The notes beneath the pieces were generated by a model. The model ran no database searches. It had not been told where the DNA came from and was given only the letters and a program-made list of their open reading frames with translations. Source: Felis catus (lineage: Eukaryota). Taken from it: a DNA stretch of 64,000 bases. Positions 24,500 through 37,622 of the stretch are shown piece by piece (the first letter of the stretch is position 1; every line of letters begins with the position of its first letter). Where the stretch lies: the NCBI RefSeq assembly GCF_018350175.1, contig NC_058368.1, positions 106,456,001-106,520,000 of the forward strand. Direction: 5' to 3'. The position numbers were made by a program, and so were the translations under genes.

Positions 24500-24529
24500 A
24501 AAACAAGTAAAAAATGTTAAAAAAAAAAA
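24347..24529 (+). mobile_element. CAN-SINE with internal deletion
   Basis: Head jumps from gtcagttaaa to tgctgacagc; (CT)n and A tail present. Confidence 0.9.
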
Positions 24530-24705
24530 CCTGCAAAGTAAAATTATCATTTTGATAGAAAATGTATTCTTGGAAAACTTGAAATAATAGACTGAAAAAA
24601 TTAGAAATAAGAAAATTGGGAGTAATCAATCGGTTATAAAATCAACAGCTTCTTTATGTATTAATTGCAAGTGGTTAGAGACTGTGTTAAAAGAAAGATC
24701 ACTTT

Positions 24706-24927
24706 GGGACACCTGGGTGGCTCAGTCAGTTAAACGTACGATTGTTGATTTAGGCTCAGGTCATGATCTTACGCTTCTGTGAGTTGAGTCCCACATCAGG
24801 CTCTGTGCTGACAGTGCAGAGCCTGTTTGGGATTCTCTGTCACTGACTCTCCCTCTCTCTCTGTCCCTCTCCCACTTGCACTATATCTGTCTTTCTCAAG
24901 AAATAAATAAATGAACTTAAAGAAAAA
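24706..24927 (+). mobile_element. CAN-SINE
   Basis: gggacacctgggtggctcag head, CT-rich body, aataaa tail. Confidence 0.93.
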
Positions 24928-25975
24928 GGTCATATTCACAACCCCAATAAAATAACAAAGTACTGACATAAAAATTAAATACTGTAAATTAATAGGACTT
25001 AATTAAGGGAACGCTTTAAAACATAGAACAAGATTTGAGTAAATAGAATGAATTTATTGTTCTTAGTAAATTGGTCTTGGAGAAATTACAATATTCTAAA
25101 TTATGCATATTCAGTATTGTGACAAGGATAATGATTTTTTCCTCTTAAACTGATTAGAAAATGCAGAGAAATAAGCACTGAAGTAAAATGCAGAAACCTT
25201 ACAGGGAGAAGTGAAAGTCCACTAGCTTTGCAAGATTTGTAGTATTTCATAAAGTTGGACTACAGACAATTTTGTCACAGTACGTGAAAATAAAGATCAA
25301 TGTATAGAAGAGGATGTTACACTGTAAACCAACAAAAATGTAGAAATAGAGTATATGATGATGATGGAAATCCTGGGTAGTTACTTGGGGCGGTGGGGGG
25401 AAAGAAAGCTAGAAATTTATTTCTAATGTCCTACTAAACACACAACATACACACACCCCAAATCCTATTATTTTCCAAAGTTTAAAAGATATTAAAAGTT
25501 AAAAAAAAAAACAAAAACAAAGCAAAACTCTTCATTGGAAAATACTGGTGACTTTTTCTATAATATTGGTGTGAGGAACCTCTAGACACAAAGTTCATAC
25601 TTGATTAAAAAAAGATAACTACACGAAAAGGTAAATACTTTGAATTATACAAAAATATCAGTTGAAATAAAAGTACCAAACTAAGACTTACAGCCCCTAA
25701 TGCAAGGCTAGTTTCCTTACTGAGAGTTTTCTTAATAAGAATTCACATTTTCCCCACATTTCCACATCTCTGGGACAGGATGGGATGTGTGGAAGTTTCC
25801 TAAAATGGCCTCACTGTAGGAAACAACAAGGCTAGGACACACAGGGGTAGGTAGGTGGAGTATCAGACTTGTTAAGCAACATTCCTGCGGCTGGAGTCAA
25901 GAGCTGCCCAGGCCCGGTGAGTTGATGTGCACAGCCCTGGCCCCAGGGATGGTTTTTAAGAGTTGCTTTAATGCA

Positions 25976-26069
25976 CGTACGTGATGAATCACTGGATTCT
26001 ACTCCCGAAACCAATATTACGCTATATGTTAACTATCTAGAATTTAAATTAAAACTTAAAAAAAAAAAA
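25976..26069 (+). mobile_element. Severely 5'-truncated carnivore L1 3' end
   Basis: gtgatgaatcactggattctactcccgaaaccaatattacgctatatgttaac + polyA; homologous to 47390-47460. Confidence 0.85.
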
Positions 26070-26773
26070 TGTTTCAATGCCAGTGCTCTTGATTCTACAG
26101 AGGACCCAGTGTGAGGGAAGACCATGAACATGGATGACTCAGTTTTCCATAAAGTGATTCTGAACGGTCAGGCATTGTGAATTGGAGAAATCTGTTTTGC
26201 CTAATGTCTTGTGTACCAATATGACAGTGAAACTGGACAAAAATACCTGTCTACTTACCTAAAAGAATGATTTAATACATTCAAATTAGAAATTATAGGT
26301 GATAAAAAAAGCACTTTTTCAAAATTTAATAGAAAATTTTTTTTGTTGCAATTAATGATGTCTAGATTGGATGAAATATGAAATATAATGGGCATTGACA
26401 AATGAGTGAAGGAGAAACAATCCAAATTCACATTTAAAGAAATGCAGATGGCACTTAAAATATGAATAGATGTTAATCTTATTTATAATTTTGAAAGAAA
26501 AATTGAAAGAAAAAATGGAAATACCATTTTACCTATTAGACGCATCACAGCTCAAATACAATGGGGGTGTATAAACGCATTCTCAAACAGGTTTGGCAGT
26601 AGATTAAAAACTGTTTGCAAAAGACAGATTGATGTCCTTAAAAGACCATTTGATGTCCATCAAAATTTGGAAGAAAGACGGCTTTTTGAACAGCAATTCA
26701 ATATTTGCCAAATTACCTTATAGATCTATTCATGTACATGTACAGATATAACCCTATAAATAGAGTCACTGTA

Positions 26774-26837
26774 TTTTTTTTAAAGTAGGCTCCATGCCCA
26801 ACGTGGAACTTGAGCTTACAACCCTGAGATCAAGAGT
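26774..26837 (-). mobile_element. 5'-truncated short CAN-SINE
   Basis: aaagtaggctccatgcccaacgtggaacttgagcttacaaccctgagatcaagagt; TSD-like tcactgtatttt/tcactgcatttt. Confidence 0.8.
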
Positions 26838-28866
26838 GCCCTCACTGCATTTTTTTAATTAGAAAGAGGAAAAAAAAATATTAATGACTAGTTGCATAAA
26901 TAATGGGACGTCCAATCAATGTAATTAATATCCAGTCCATTAAAAATGAGGCAGATATTTATGTCCTAATAAAGATCTCAAATATATTTTCAGCGAAAAG
27001 AGACAGTTCCATATAGTGCCTATGTATATATAAAGCATGCTTTGATTTGCAGGGAAAATGAACAAACCAAATGTATACATAATACACAGAGCCAAAATTG
27101 TAGAGAGATATACTAGTAACCATGTTATTTTAAGTTTCAAAATACTAGGTAAAAAAAAAAAAAAGAATAGGCAAAGGTCATTTGTGTGACATTTTGCTAT
27201 TGTAGGTAAGTAATCTCAGGCAGCTTTAGGTATCTGTACATAGTAACTCATATTTGTATGATTAATGTGCTACCTAACTGTTGACCTTGAACCTGTTTAG
27301 TGTCTTTTGTTTCTTGGTGCGTACCTCACCGGTAGAGCAGACCTATCTGACCCTCATTCTCTTGGAATTGCTTTGTCTAGTTGAGCTAAAATTGACTCCC
27401 ATGCTCTTAGTGCTTTTATAGTTTTACGGGTATTTCCGGGATCTCTCTGTTGAAAGGCACAGTTCTGGCTTCTTGGTTTGTTCTGTTTTTCTGTAAGCAT
27501 GAGCAGTTCTCCTTATGATTCTTTGAAAATATGTTATAGAGCTCCCCCCTTTAAGTTGGCCCTTTCTATTCTTTGTCCTACCTATGTTCCCAAACATGCC
27601 ACTGTTCGAGCGTATGCAAACAGCCATGTTGTCACTATGGCTGGAATATGTCCGTCCTTTCTGGTGATTGTTAGGACAAGCCCTTATTATTTTTGGTCTT
27701 CCTTGCGTTGAGTGATTTATGAGTGAACTATTTAATTTTTGGAGCATTTGACATTTTTGACCTCTCATCCATCAACCCTTTGGAATTATTTTGCTTGGTA
27801 GATTGAAATACCGCTTCATTCCTCTGCGGATATTTCCACTTTTCCTTGTCATAGGAATTACTGCCCTGGGTTTACCCACGAGAATTATGAGGGAGGTAAG
27901 CAGATGACGTTCGAAGCAGGCCCAGCGAGGACACTGCCAAGAACATCTGTGAAGAACAATGCCCCCGTTTAAGTGCTTTGCTATCATTAAATTCTTAGAA
28001 AATTCCTCTTTTTTTTCCTTCTACATTGCACCTCTGTCCTGATGGTAAAACAAAACAAAAAAAATCTTAGTACTGTCTTCCTTACAAAGAAATAAAATTG
28101 TGTTTAAAAAAAGTACATAAAAAATTTTGCTCTTGTTAAATGATATGTATATATTGAATATGACATTAATATAGATGGCTTTGTGAGACAATAATAGAAG
28201 TAGTCCTTTTATTCAGTTATTTAGCTAAAAGCATTCAAAATTTTTATTTATAATAGAAATAAAGTCTTTTTATTCTAACATTTGAGAATGTCATTGATGG
28301 TGAAAGCCTAGTAGTTGAACTTCAGCGAACTTTGTAAAAGCCTTCTAAGAGTGAAATTGGTAAATAAATCAGATACTATCAGTACTCAGGGGTAATGAGA
28401 AACCTTGGTTATCACGTATATAATTGATAAGACAATCCTTTGGTGTCTACATTTGTGATGTTTAACTGTAAACTTTAGGGCCAATTAGACTGCTTTGTCA
28501 GGATCATATTTGGGTCTGGAGGCTTCATTGAGAAAGATACGACCTAGTGCCAGACTTCATTGTGAGTAAGATGCTGGAATGGAAGCAGCTGTTCTTTTTA
28601 CACTAACTGAGCTCAGGTTCTGACTGACTCTGTTGGTGGGTCTGGGTTAAGAGCTATTTGCTGGTGTCTAGAAATAGTGCCGAATCAATCATTTTGACCC
28701 AAGCTAAACTCCTGGGAAAACGTTCAGAGAACAAAAATCCGTGTTTATTATGCCCAAGAGTTTAATAAAGCATGAAAATGGAATTGATACCTAACCATTG
28801 AGAAAAGGTGATGTTTTTCTTTCCTTTGAGTAATTTATAATTGAGCCCCATGTAAGACATAATAAA

Positions 28867-29064
28867 CATTTTTTTAAGAAATGAAGCATACTTTTTTTTT
28901 CATATTTATTGTTTTTGAGGGAGTGGGGAGAGAAAGAGAGAGAATCCCAAGCAGACTCCAAGCTGTAAGCACAGAGCCCAACGTGGGGCTTGAACTCACA
29001 AACCTTGAGATCAAGACGTGAGCCTGAGTTGGATGCTTAACCTACAGAGTCACCCAGGTGCCCC
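28867..29064 (-). mobile_element. CAN-SINE with bipartite tail
   Basis: Head ends ggtgcccc at 29064; TSD atgtaagacata(a/c)taaa at 28850-28866 and 29068-29084. Confidence 0.92.
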
Positions 29065-29258
29065 ACTATGTAAGACATACTAAAGTAATAACATTGTGCT
29101 CTCTTCATCTCCTTGAGTCCTCCTTAAGGTAGAAAACTTCTCTGTTAGGACATGTAGACAAATTATACCTTGAGAGTTTGAACCAGTTAGAACTCTAGAA
29201 ATTGAGTGTCTCAATCCTACTCTTTGGAGGATACTCAAATTGCTCTAAGAATCTTACA

Positions 29259-29458
29259 TTTTTTTTAATGTTTATTTCTGAGACAGAGACAGAGCATGAG
29301 TGGGGGAGGGGCAGAGAGAGAGGGAGACACAGAAAAAGCAGGCCCCAGGCTCTGAGCTGTCAGCACAGAGTCCAACGTGGGGTTCAAACTCACAAACCTT
29401 GTAATCATGACGTGAGCTGAAGTTGCTCGCTCAACCGACTGAGCCACCTGGGTGCCCC
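29259..29458 (-). mobile_element. CAN-SINE
   Basis: Full body; TSD tct(a/g)agaatctt. Confidence 0.94.
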
Positions 29459-30134
29459 GTCTGAGAATCTTGAAAACATATGTTTATTCATTCAGCCTAG
29501 GTCTGTTGTGTTCCTACTATGTGCGGGGCTATAGTACATAGCCCTATGCTTTGAAAATACAGCAATAAATATGGCAGACTGCTGGCAGGAAGCTTATATT
29601 CTAGAATGAACTATAGTCTTCCATATGCTGAGGAAATAAGACCCTTTTCCTAATTGAGGTTTCATAGATCATTGATACTCTATCATTTAAAAGTAACTTC
29701 TCAAAAAAAAGTACTCTTATGTTTTGCTTCTATAGTTTACTCCTTGATCTCCTAACATTTACATTTAGAAAGATAATCTCCCTAAGCCTAAGCAATTTTC
29801 ATTTATTCTAGACTTAAGAAGTGGAGAACTATTGGTTCATGGCCTCTGCAAAAATGATTTTTAAATTGGAGATTTTACTAAATTAAGGATAGTGATTCTG
29901 TGCCTCCAGGCCCAAGATTGTTCTGCATTTCTAGCAGGCCCCCAGTTAATCCTGTCAGACCTGGTTCACCAAGATCAATAGTGCTTGTCTAATGTCCCTA
30001 CAACACAGCAGATTGTATAGAAATCTTTACGGTAAAGATTATGGTCATTCCATGTGTCATTCAGTGCATCATACAGTGCATTTATGCTAGAGCAACTAGG
30101 AGATTGAAGGACATAGTGGTTAATAGGGGATTAG

Positions 30135-30242
30135 CCCTGAGTGTTGTATAAGTGATGAATCACTGAATTGTGCTCCTGAAGCCAATGTTGTACTGGATGT
30201 TAACTACCTGGAATTTAAATAAAAATTTGAAAAGAAAAAAAA
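30135..30242 (+). mobile_element. 5'-truncated carnivore L1 3' end
   Basis: gtataagtgatgaatcactgaattgtgctcctgaagccaatg...aaataaaaatttgaaaagaaaaaa. Confidence 0.8.
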
Positions 30243-30369
30243 TTTATCAAAACCTACGGAATTGTAAAGATCAAGTTCAGAAATTGGTCCTAAAGTGGTA
30301 GAAAGGGAGCTTAAACTCCCTGTGCAATGTTTATTTCTGCAAAAATAAAGTTCATCAAAAAAACATGGG

Positions 30370-30930
30370 ATTTGGACTCAGAATCTCTAATAACCTGTCT
30401 TTTCATCTGTAAAGTGGGGATAGCTGTTAATACTTGACACATAGGTTGTTAGGAAAATTAGATGATGAATATGAAAAGTACACATAATTTCTGGCACATA
30501 TTGGGTGGTCAGTGGATGCTAGATTTGTAATTATTAGAATACGAAAGGGTTATAGAATATGAGGCAGGCTTTTATCCTCAGAGAAAACACAATCGACCAC
30601 AAAGATCAGATTTGTACGTTAATAACTAATTCAAAGTGGAAAGACTGGTGAAGAACAAAGTGCAGGTGGAGTCAGAGGGGCAAGTGATTGGTTTTACTTT
30701 GGAAACATGACAGCTGCCTCCTATTGAGAATTTACGATGCATTAGTCAGTGATCTAGTGCTTCCCATAGATCTATATTTAATCCTCACAGTAATCCTGTG
30801 GTAGGTTAAGTTCTTAATCATAGCAGAGGAGGAAACTGAAGTATAGGAAGGTTAATTTGCCCATAACTAGCAAATAGTTAATCCAGATGTCAAACTGAGT
30901 TTGACTCCAGGATCTGCCTATTAACCACTG
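30370..30930. mobile_element. MIR/L2 relics
   Basis: tttcatctgtaaagtgggga (MIR core, +) and tttaatcctcacagtaatcctgtggtagg...gaggaaactgaag (MIR, -). Confidence 0.6.
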
Positions 30931-32254
30931 TCTATTCTTGTCTAAAAAGACCTAAAGCTGAAGGTAATCTCTAACCTGGGCGGGAAAAGGAGATGAGTCT
31001 GTCATTGCAGTTACCGAGAATGGCATGGGCAGAGGCAGAGACTGGAAAATGGGGGCAAATAGGAAAAATGGGAGTGTTGATTTATTGAGGCACATATTAA
31101 TAGGGAGCTTGAAAGAATGGGTTAAATAACTAGGATACTCTGAGAGTTTATTAATATGGTATTAATCTCCAGGGGATGGAGACTGTTTGGGGACTTCTCG
31201 AGTTCCCACTGATGGCCCTATTTAGGAAAGACAACCTCAATGAAAAAAGACCACAAAAGCCGAGTCACTGACATAAATTTATGGGAGACGTGTTCCCTAA
31301 GGATATGAAAGACCATGTTAGGTTTGGGTGAAATGTGTGCTGTTTCCTAGTTTTTAAGAATGGTTTATTCATCCACATAGATTTTCAGCATGTAATGCTG
31401 CTCTAAGAGGAATAAATGTTTGTCAGACTTGAGCATTTATGTTCTTTGACCCCTGGGGTTATTTTTTCTCCTCACTCAGCAGCTAGAGATGTGCTTGGAT
31501 AGGCTGTGTCCTGTCTGTCTGGTTTGTTATCTTGTAATTTCACAGACAATGTATAAAAACCATAGCTGGCCCATTGCTACCCTGTCGGCTCCTAAAACAC
31601 CCTGCCCTTGGAATGTTCCCTCTCTCATACCCTTCCTCTCCCTCAGTGGTCACACAGCAGGATCCTAGAGCCTTGGCTATGTTTCTATCTCTGCCATTCA
31701 ATATCTGTACAATATTGAAAGAACAGTTGATATTTTTGGGGTCTGTTGTGATGCAGGGGGTAAGGACTTTGAATCTTACCAACATACTTGAGGTAACATA
31801 GGCAAAGTACTTTTCTCAGGAAAACATTTTGCATGTGTGTAGTTTTAGGTGTTATTTTACTTTCAATACTCAGGATAATGTATATTTTTTATAGATGTTG
31901 TTATGTCCCCGGAAAACCAGCAGATAAATACCTTAGATTACTTTAGTCCTATACAGCAAAGTCAAGACTCTAAGAATTTATAATGGAAACATTCTGTCTT
32001 AGAAGATGGGAATCTGGAGAAGGGTTTTATCACACCTGTGTTGTTTTTACACTCATATTTACTGATAGGTGTAGCTTTGTCCTTGCCGGATTTAAGAGGT
32101 CTAGGTACTCTATTAATCAGAACATTGAGTTGAGTTTTGTCCTTCTCTCCCCTCCCCGCAACACTTCTCCCCCATTTTGGCCATTTCTTCTTGAGAAGAA
32201 AAGAGCAAATGTTGAGATACAAGCTAAAATAGCCGTTGTATTTTCACATGGCAT

Positions 32255-32709
32255 TGTGGTAGGCTGAATAATGGCAGCCAGAAGACCTACATCCTAATCC
32301 CAGAATCTGTGATGATGTTACTTTATATGGTAAAAGAGATTTTACAGTCATTAGGTAAGGATCTTAAGGAATGATTACTGTGTATTCAGATGACTGAAGT
32401 GTATTTACCCATATGCAAAGGTCTTTATGAGAAGGAAATTGAAAAGTTAGTGAGAGATGTGATTACAGAAACAAAGGTTGGAGTGATAGGAGGACAGGAA
32501 CCAAAGAATGTGGACAGTCTCTACAAACTGGAAAATTCAAGGAAAGATGTGTCCTAGATTTTCTGGAAGGAATATAGCCCTGTTGATACCTTTATTTTTA
32601 GACCGTTTTTGGATTTCTGACTTGCAGAAACATATGATAATGAATGTGTGTTGAGTTAAGCCCCTGTGTTTGTGGTAATTTGTTACAGCAGCAATAGGAA
32701 ACTAATACA
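32255..32709 (+). mobile_element. MLT1-type (ERVL-MaLR) solo LTR
   Basis: Starts tgtggtaggctgaataatgg; ends gtggtaatttgttacagcagcaataggaaactaataca. Confidence 0.88.
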
Positions 32710-32827
32710 ACTTTTACTGGATAAATTCAGAGTTGAGTGCATGCTGAAACTAAATTGCTGTTTCTACTCCTATTTTATTATGCAAAGATTATTCAGAGTA
32801 GTGACTGTTAAAGGTTTTACTATATTT

Positions 32828-33042
32828 GGGGCGCCTGTGTGGCTCAGTTGGTTAAGCATCTGACTTCAGCTCAGGTCATGATCACAAGGTTTGTGAGTTT
32901 GAATCCCGTGTTGGGCTCTGTGCTGACAGTGCAGAGCCTGGAACCTGCTTTGGATTCTGTGTCTCCATCTGTCTCTGCTACTCTCCCACTCATGCTGTGT
33001 CTCTCTGTCTCTCTCTCAAAAAGAAATAAATGTTAAAAAAAA
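32828..33042 (+). mobile_element. CAN-SINE
   Basis: ggggcgcctgtgtggctcag head to A tail. Confidence 0.95.
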
Positions 33043-33807
33043 GTTTTAGTGTATTTGACTGACTGAAATTGTCAGGAATATGTAATTACGGGCTCTATTG
33101 ATGTCTCAAAAGATACCATTAGTTAAAAAGAAAGTTGGAGTAACTGCAACATTCTTTCAGCCAAGAATATATCATTTAAATTTATACTGGTAAAGTGGTA
33201 TTTGTTTTCTTTTTCATATTTTAATTATAAGATTCTTGTCAAGTGATCCAAAGTTTCTTCTTACTGTCAGCCTCTTTAGTAGCAAGTAGTATCCAAGGTT
33301 GAAAAATACCAGCCTTCAAAAATTAGAAAAAAGAAAGTCATTGAGGTTGTGAAGGAAATGCTCAAGCTCTGTGGCCATATTGCTCTTTCAATTTCTTTCA
33401 TCATGATTCTCTGTTTCAATTGCAGATAAATTTTATACATTTTAAACTTTGATAACATTATTGAAATAATAAGATGAAAACCTGGAAAAGAATTGTTTTT
33501 CCTTTAAGTAAGAGAAGATAAAATTTAGTAGTTACTTTTACGGGGAAAACCTTGAAAAGAATTTTTAAAGTACTCAATAAAACTTGCCCTGTTAATGCTG
33601 CTAAGCCCATAATTCAAGAGCTTCAGAGCCCCTGTGTGAATTTCCTGTACAGATGAACTAGGGTAAGTTGTACCAGTTACTATTAATTCAGATGCAATTT
33701 AGGAATAATTGTATACGTATTAAGACAGCCTTATAGACAGTGCCCCCACCTGGCCAAACACAGCCATTGTTGAAATAACTTGTTTACTCAGTTATCATAC
33801 AAGTATT

Positions 33808-34320
33808 TAATTATTTTTAACGTTTATTTTTGAGTGAGATAGAGGGAGGGAGGGAGGGAGGGAGGAATGGAGGGAGAGGGAGAGAGAGAGCGTGCACACA
33901 AGCACGAGTGGGGGAGGGGCAAAGAGAGAGCAGACACAGAATCCCAAGCAGTCTCCAGTCTCTAAACTGTCAGCACAGACCCCAGTGTGTGGGGCTTAAA
34001 CTCACAAACTGTGAAATCTTGATCTGAGCTGAAGTCAGATGCTTAACTGACTGAGCCACCCGGGTGCCCCAAAATATGTGTGTGTGTATTTATGTATTTA
34101 TGCATGTATGTATTTTAAATGCTTATTTATTTTGAGAGAGAGAGCAAGAGAGAGCCCGAGCAGGGGAGGAATAGAGACAGAGGGAGACACAGAATCCCAA
34201 GCAGGCTCCAGGCTCTGAGCTGTCAGCGCAGAGCCTCACACAGGGCTCGAACAGTGAACCGCAAGATTATGACCTGAGCCAAAGTTGGATGCTTAACCAA
34301 CTGAGCCACACAGGCACCTC
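33808..34320 (-). mobile_element. Two tandem CAN-SINEs (33808-34070 and ~34071-34320)
   Basis: Two complete bodies in the same orientation separated by a (TG)/(TATG)-mutated tail. Confidence 0.93.
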
Positions 34321-34967
34321 TTTAATTAAAACATTAGTATTACGCATTATAAACTGAGTGATTTGGGAAGAGGAATAGGTAGTAAATTTATATCTCTAAG
34401 TATGTTATCCCATAGGGGTAGTGAACTGGTAAATTATCTAAATAATTTAATACTTTATATTTACAGAGTAGCGATATTTGTTCCTATAAGATGGCTGGAA
34501 TGAGTTTTAAAAAACTTAGTTGGGCTTTGATTTTAAGGGCAAACTTTGAATTATTACTGAGATAAGTAACGCCTCTTTTAAGGTTCTTGATACTAAGTTG
34601 TTTAATAAGATATGGCCCATAAATAGATTGACTGGGGTCTTGGTTTGCCCAAGTCAGTGCTGTTAACATCTGTTGTTCTACTGTGAATGCTCATAGCTCC
34701 CTTTCACTTTCAAATTTCAGTGAAAATTTTTCTGGTTGCCCTCCCCATATGCAGTCCAGACAACTTTAATAAAACTGAAATTTGGTTCTCTAATGCAGTT
34801 CTTAAAATTTTAATTCTCTTGTGCAAAAAATATATCTTTAATTAAATAGAACAAGAATTTATTTGTCCAGATGAACCTGATTTTTTAATTTCTTGACTGT
34901 ATACACACCACAAAACTGCCCCCCAACTAAGTTTGGCAGTCATATTTGTAGTACATTATATTTGTAT

Positions 34968-35185
34968 CTTTTTTTAAAAATTTTTTTTAACGTTTATTTT
35001 TGAGACAGAGAGAGAGCATGAACAGGGGAGGGTCAGAGAGAGAGAGGGAGACACAGAATCTGAAACAGGCTCCAGGCTCTGAGCTGTCAGCACAGAGCCC
35101 GAAACGGGGCTCGAGCTCACAGACCGCGAGATCATGACCTGAGCTGAAGTCGGACGCCCAACTGACTGAGCCACCCAGGTGCCCC
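34968..35185 (-). mobile_element. Young CAN-SINE (CpGs retained)
   Basis: Near-consensus body with many CpGs; TSD tatatt(t/c)gtatctt. Confidence 0.96.
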
Positions 35186-35824
35186 AATATATTCGTATCT
35201 TAATTGGGAAAGATTTGCCATCCATAGCCTTCTTTAGGAACCTTGATTTGTTTATATAGATCTTGTTTTTGGTCCTTTAGCAAAGCCTTATAAATTCTTA
35301 GAAAAATGTATCTAGTTCATTTTTATTGGTTTTATTCCTAGGAACTTGATAATTTCTGTTGGTCCTGTGAATGGAATTTTCTCCTCACTATGTTTTCTAA
35401 ATAGTCATTGTAACTATGAAGGAAAGCTATTAATGCTTTTGGTTGACTACACAGTTTGACCATTTTTTAGAATTCTTATTAGTTTCAATAATTTACCACT
35501 TCAGTTCTTACATTTTTTAGGTTTACATTCAAATCATCTATAAATAATGGTGGTGTTTATTCTTTTCTAATTGGTACTATCAACTTTTCTTAGTTCATTT
35601 AGTGATTAGAATCTCCAAGTAATCTTACATGATGACAGTGGATTTTGGATATTCCTATCATTTGCTGAATCCTTTGGATCTGAGAGAATTGAAGACATTT
35701 TTCAACCCAGGAAAATTCCTTTTATTTCTTTGGTTATTTATCCTCTAGTCTGTCTTTCTTGATCTCCTGGCCTCCCATCTTCCACGTCTCTCTTCTTCAT
35801 TTTCCATTTCATTACTTTCTTCAT

Positions 35825-36140
35825 GTTTTGGGTTTGTTTCTCTGGAAGCTGAGCTTGAGATGGGGACTGTTAAGAACAGGCACTTACTGAGGGAACGTTG
35901 TTGAGACATCTGTGAGGGAGTGAGCAAAGCTCAGTAAGACTGGGGAAGAAGCTAGGCAAAGACTGCATTTCAGCTGAAGCCTGGCCTTGACTAAATACCA
36001 CAGGGAGTTTCAGTGTAAGAATGGCCTCACAGCTACTCTCTTTGAGACAGGAGTGCCTAATGTTTCCCCATTGTCAGATAGTTCCTTGCTGGGATCCAGG
36101 CCTGAGGGAGTAATCACACAGGCCAAAGTCAAATCACAGG
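35825..36140. mobile_element. Old MaLR (MLT1-like) LTR fragment
   Basis: tctctggaagctgagcttgagatgggg...cttactgagggaacgttg pattern typical of old MLT1 LTRs. Confidence 0.45.
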
Positions 36141-36640
36141 AGTTAGCAGGCAACAATTACAGCAGCTTGAAAATGGGTGCATTGGCCCAACACATCCAGG
36201 TAAGTCACCAAAATCATCTATTAAATATTCTATGTTGAAAAGTAATTTGTCAAGTAATTTCTTCAAAAAGATCAGGAGAGCAACAAGAACAACAGAACTT
36301 CCACTTTCCAAGCAATGTTACTAACAGGTTTTTAAAAAACTTTTCTGTATTTTTATTTGAAAAAAAAAAAACAAAACAAAACATAAGCCATCAAGATTTT
36401 GTATTTTCTCCAGAATTTCTTTTGGTGTCTTGTAGTTTAAGAGTTGGAAGGATAGTCTTAAAGATACTTTCTTCGTAATTTTGTTCTAATTGCAAAAACA
36501 TAAAACTGGCAGCTTTTAACTTTCTTTTTCCTGAACATCATTTAAAGTTTGTATCTTAGTGGAAACCCACTGATCTTAAAATGGTCTTATGATTTTCCTC
36601 ATAAACTTCTGTGCCAAGTTCAAAATGGCTAGTCTCTCTT

Positions 36641-36834
36641 AAAAAAAAAAAAAAAAGTTTATTTCTTAGAGAGAGAAAGAGAGCCCGTGTGCATGCTAGA
36701 GTACGGGAGGGACAGATAGAATTCTAAGCAGGCTTCATGCTCAGCACAGAGCCTGACTCAGGGCTCGATCTCACAAACTATGAGATCAAGACCCAAGCCT
36801 AAATTAAGAGTTGGCGTCCACCTACGTGCCCCCC
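36641..36834 (-). mobile_element. CAN-SINE
   Basis: Body with small head deletion; TSD aaatggctagtct on both sides. Confidence 0.9.
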
Positions 36835-36892
36835 AAATGGCTAGTCTGTTAATCACATAATTTCTGGGAACCAAATTTCCTAATGATATCCA

Positions 36893-37045
36893 TTAATTTT
36901 AATTGGAGTATAACTGACATAAAACATGCTGTTTCAGGTACACATCATAGTGATTAGATATTTTTATACATTATGAAATGATCCCTATAATAAGTCTACT
37001 CACCAAAATTATTACAGTATTATTGTTTATATTCCCTATACTCTC
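36893..37045 (-). mobile_element. Older L1 3'UTR end
   Basis: aattggagtataactgacataaaacat...tttcaggtacacatcatagtgattagatattttta. Confidence 0.7.
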
Positions 37046-37384
37046 ATTTAGTCTTATACCAAAGGAACAACTGTTTGAGAAGTCTCTTAGTGTTAGGATA
37101 AAATTACTGCTTATTATAAAACTGTTGTTCAATTAAAGTTTTTTGCTGAGACTGAAAATATGAAATGAATCTAAAAACAAGAAAAAGTTTGTATCTTTGG
37201 TATAAATAAGTGTGTATACAGGGAAGATAGGATGTTTTCCTTAGGAAACTGTAATTTCATCCAAATACTCAAATTCAATTAAGAATTCCATCTCTCACTC
37301 TTGATAGAGATACAGCACTGACCTTTCAAAAATGAAAAGGAAGGGCCTAAATAAATAAATAAATAAATAAATAAATGTACCTAA

Positions 37385-37622
37385 GGGGCGCCTGGGTGGC
37401 TCACTCGGTTAAGCGTCCAGCTTCGACTCAGGTCATGATCTCCCAGTTCGTGGGTTCGAGCCTTGGGTTAGGTTCTATGCTGACAGCTCCAAGCCTGGGG
37501 CCTGCTTTGGATTCTTTGTCTCCCTCTCTCTCTTTGCCCCTCCCCTGCTTATACTCTCTCTCTCTCTTTCACTCTCTCTCTTTTTCTCTCTCAAAAATAA
37601 AGAAATAAACATTTAAAAAAAT
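37385..37622 (+). mobile_element. CAN-SINE, preceded by (TAAA)n at 37348-37374
   Basis: Full body; TSD-like aaatgtacctaa/aaattacctaa. Confidence 0.94.

Noticed and set aside
29515..29550. Short hairpin gggctat-agtac-atagccc
   Set aside because: 7-bp stem within a probable L2 relic; expected by chance
31520..31800. Possible + strand exon ending at gg|GTAAGG
   Set aside because: Several alternative acceptors, no recognisable peptide; not distinguishable from chance
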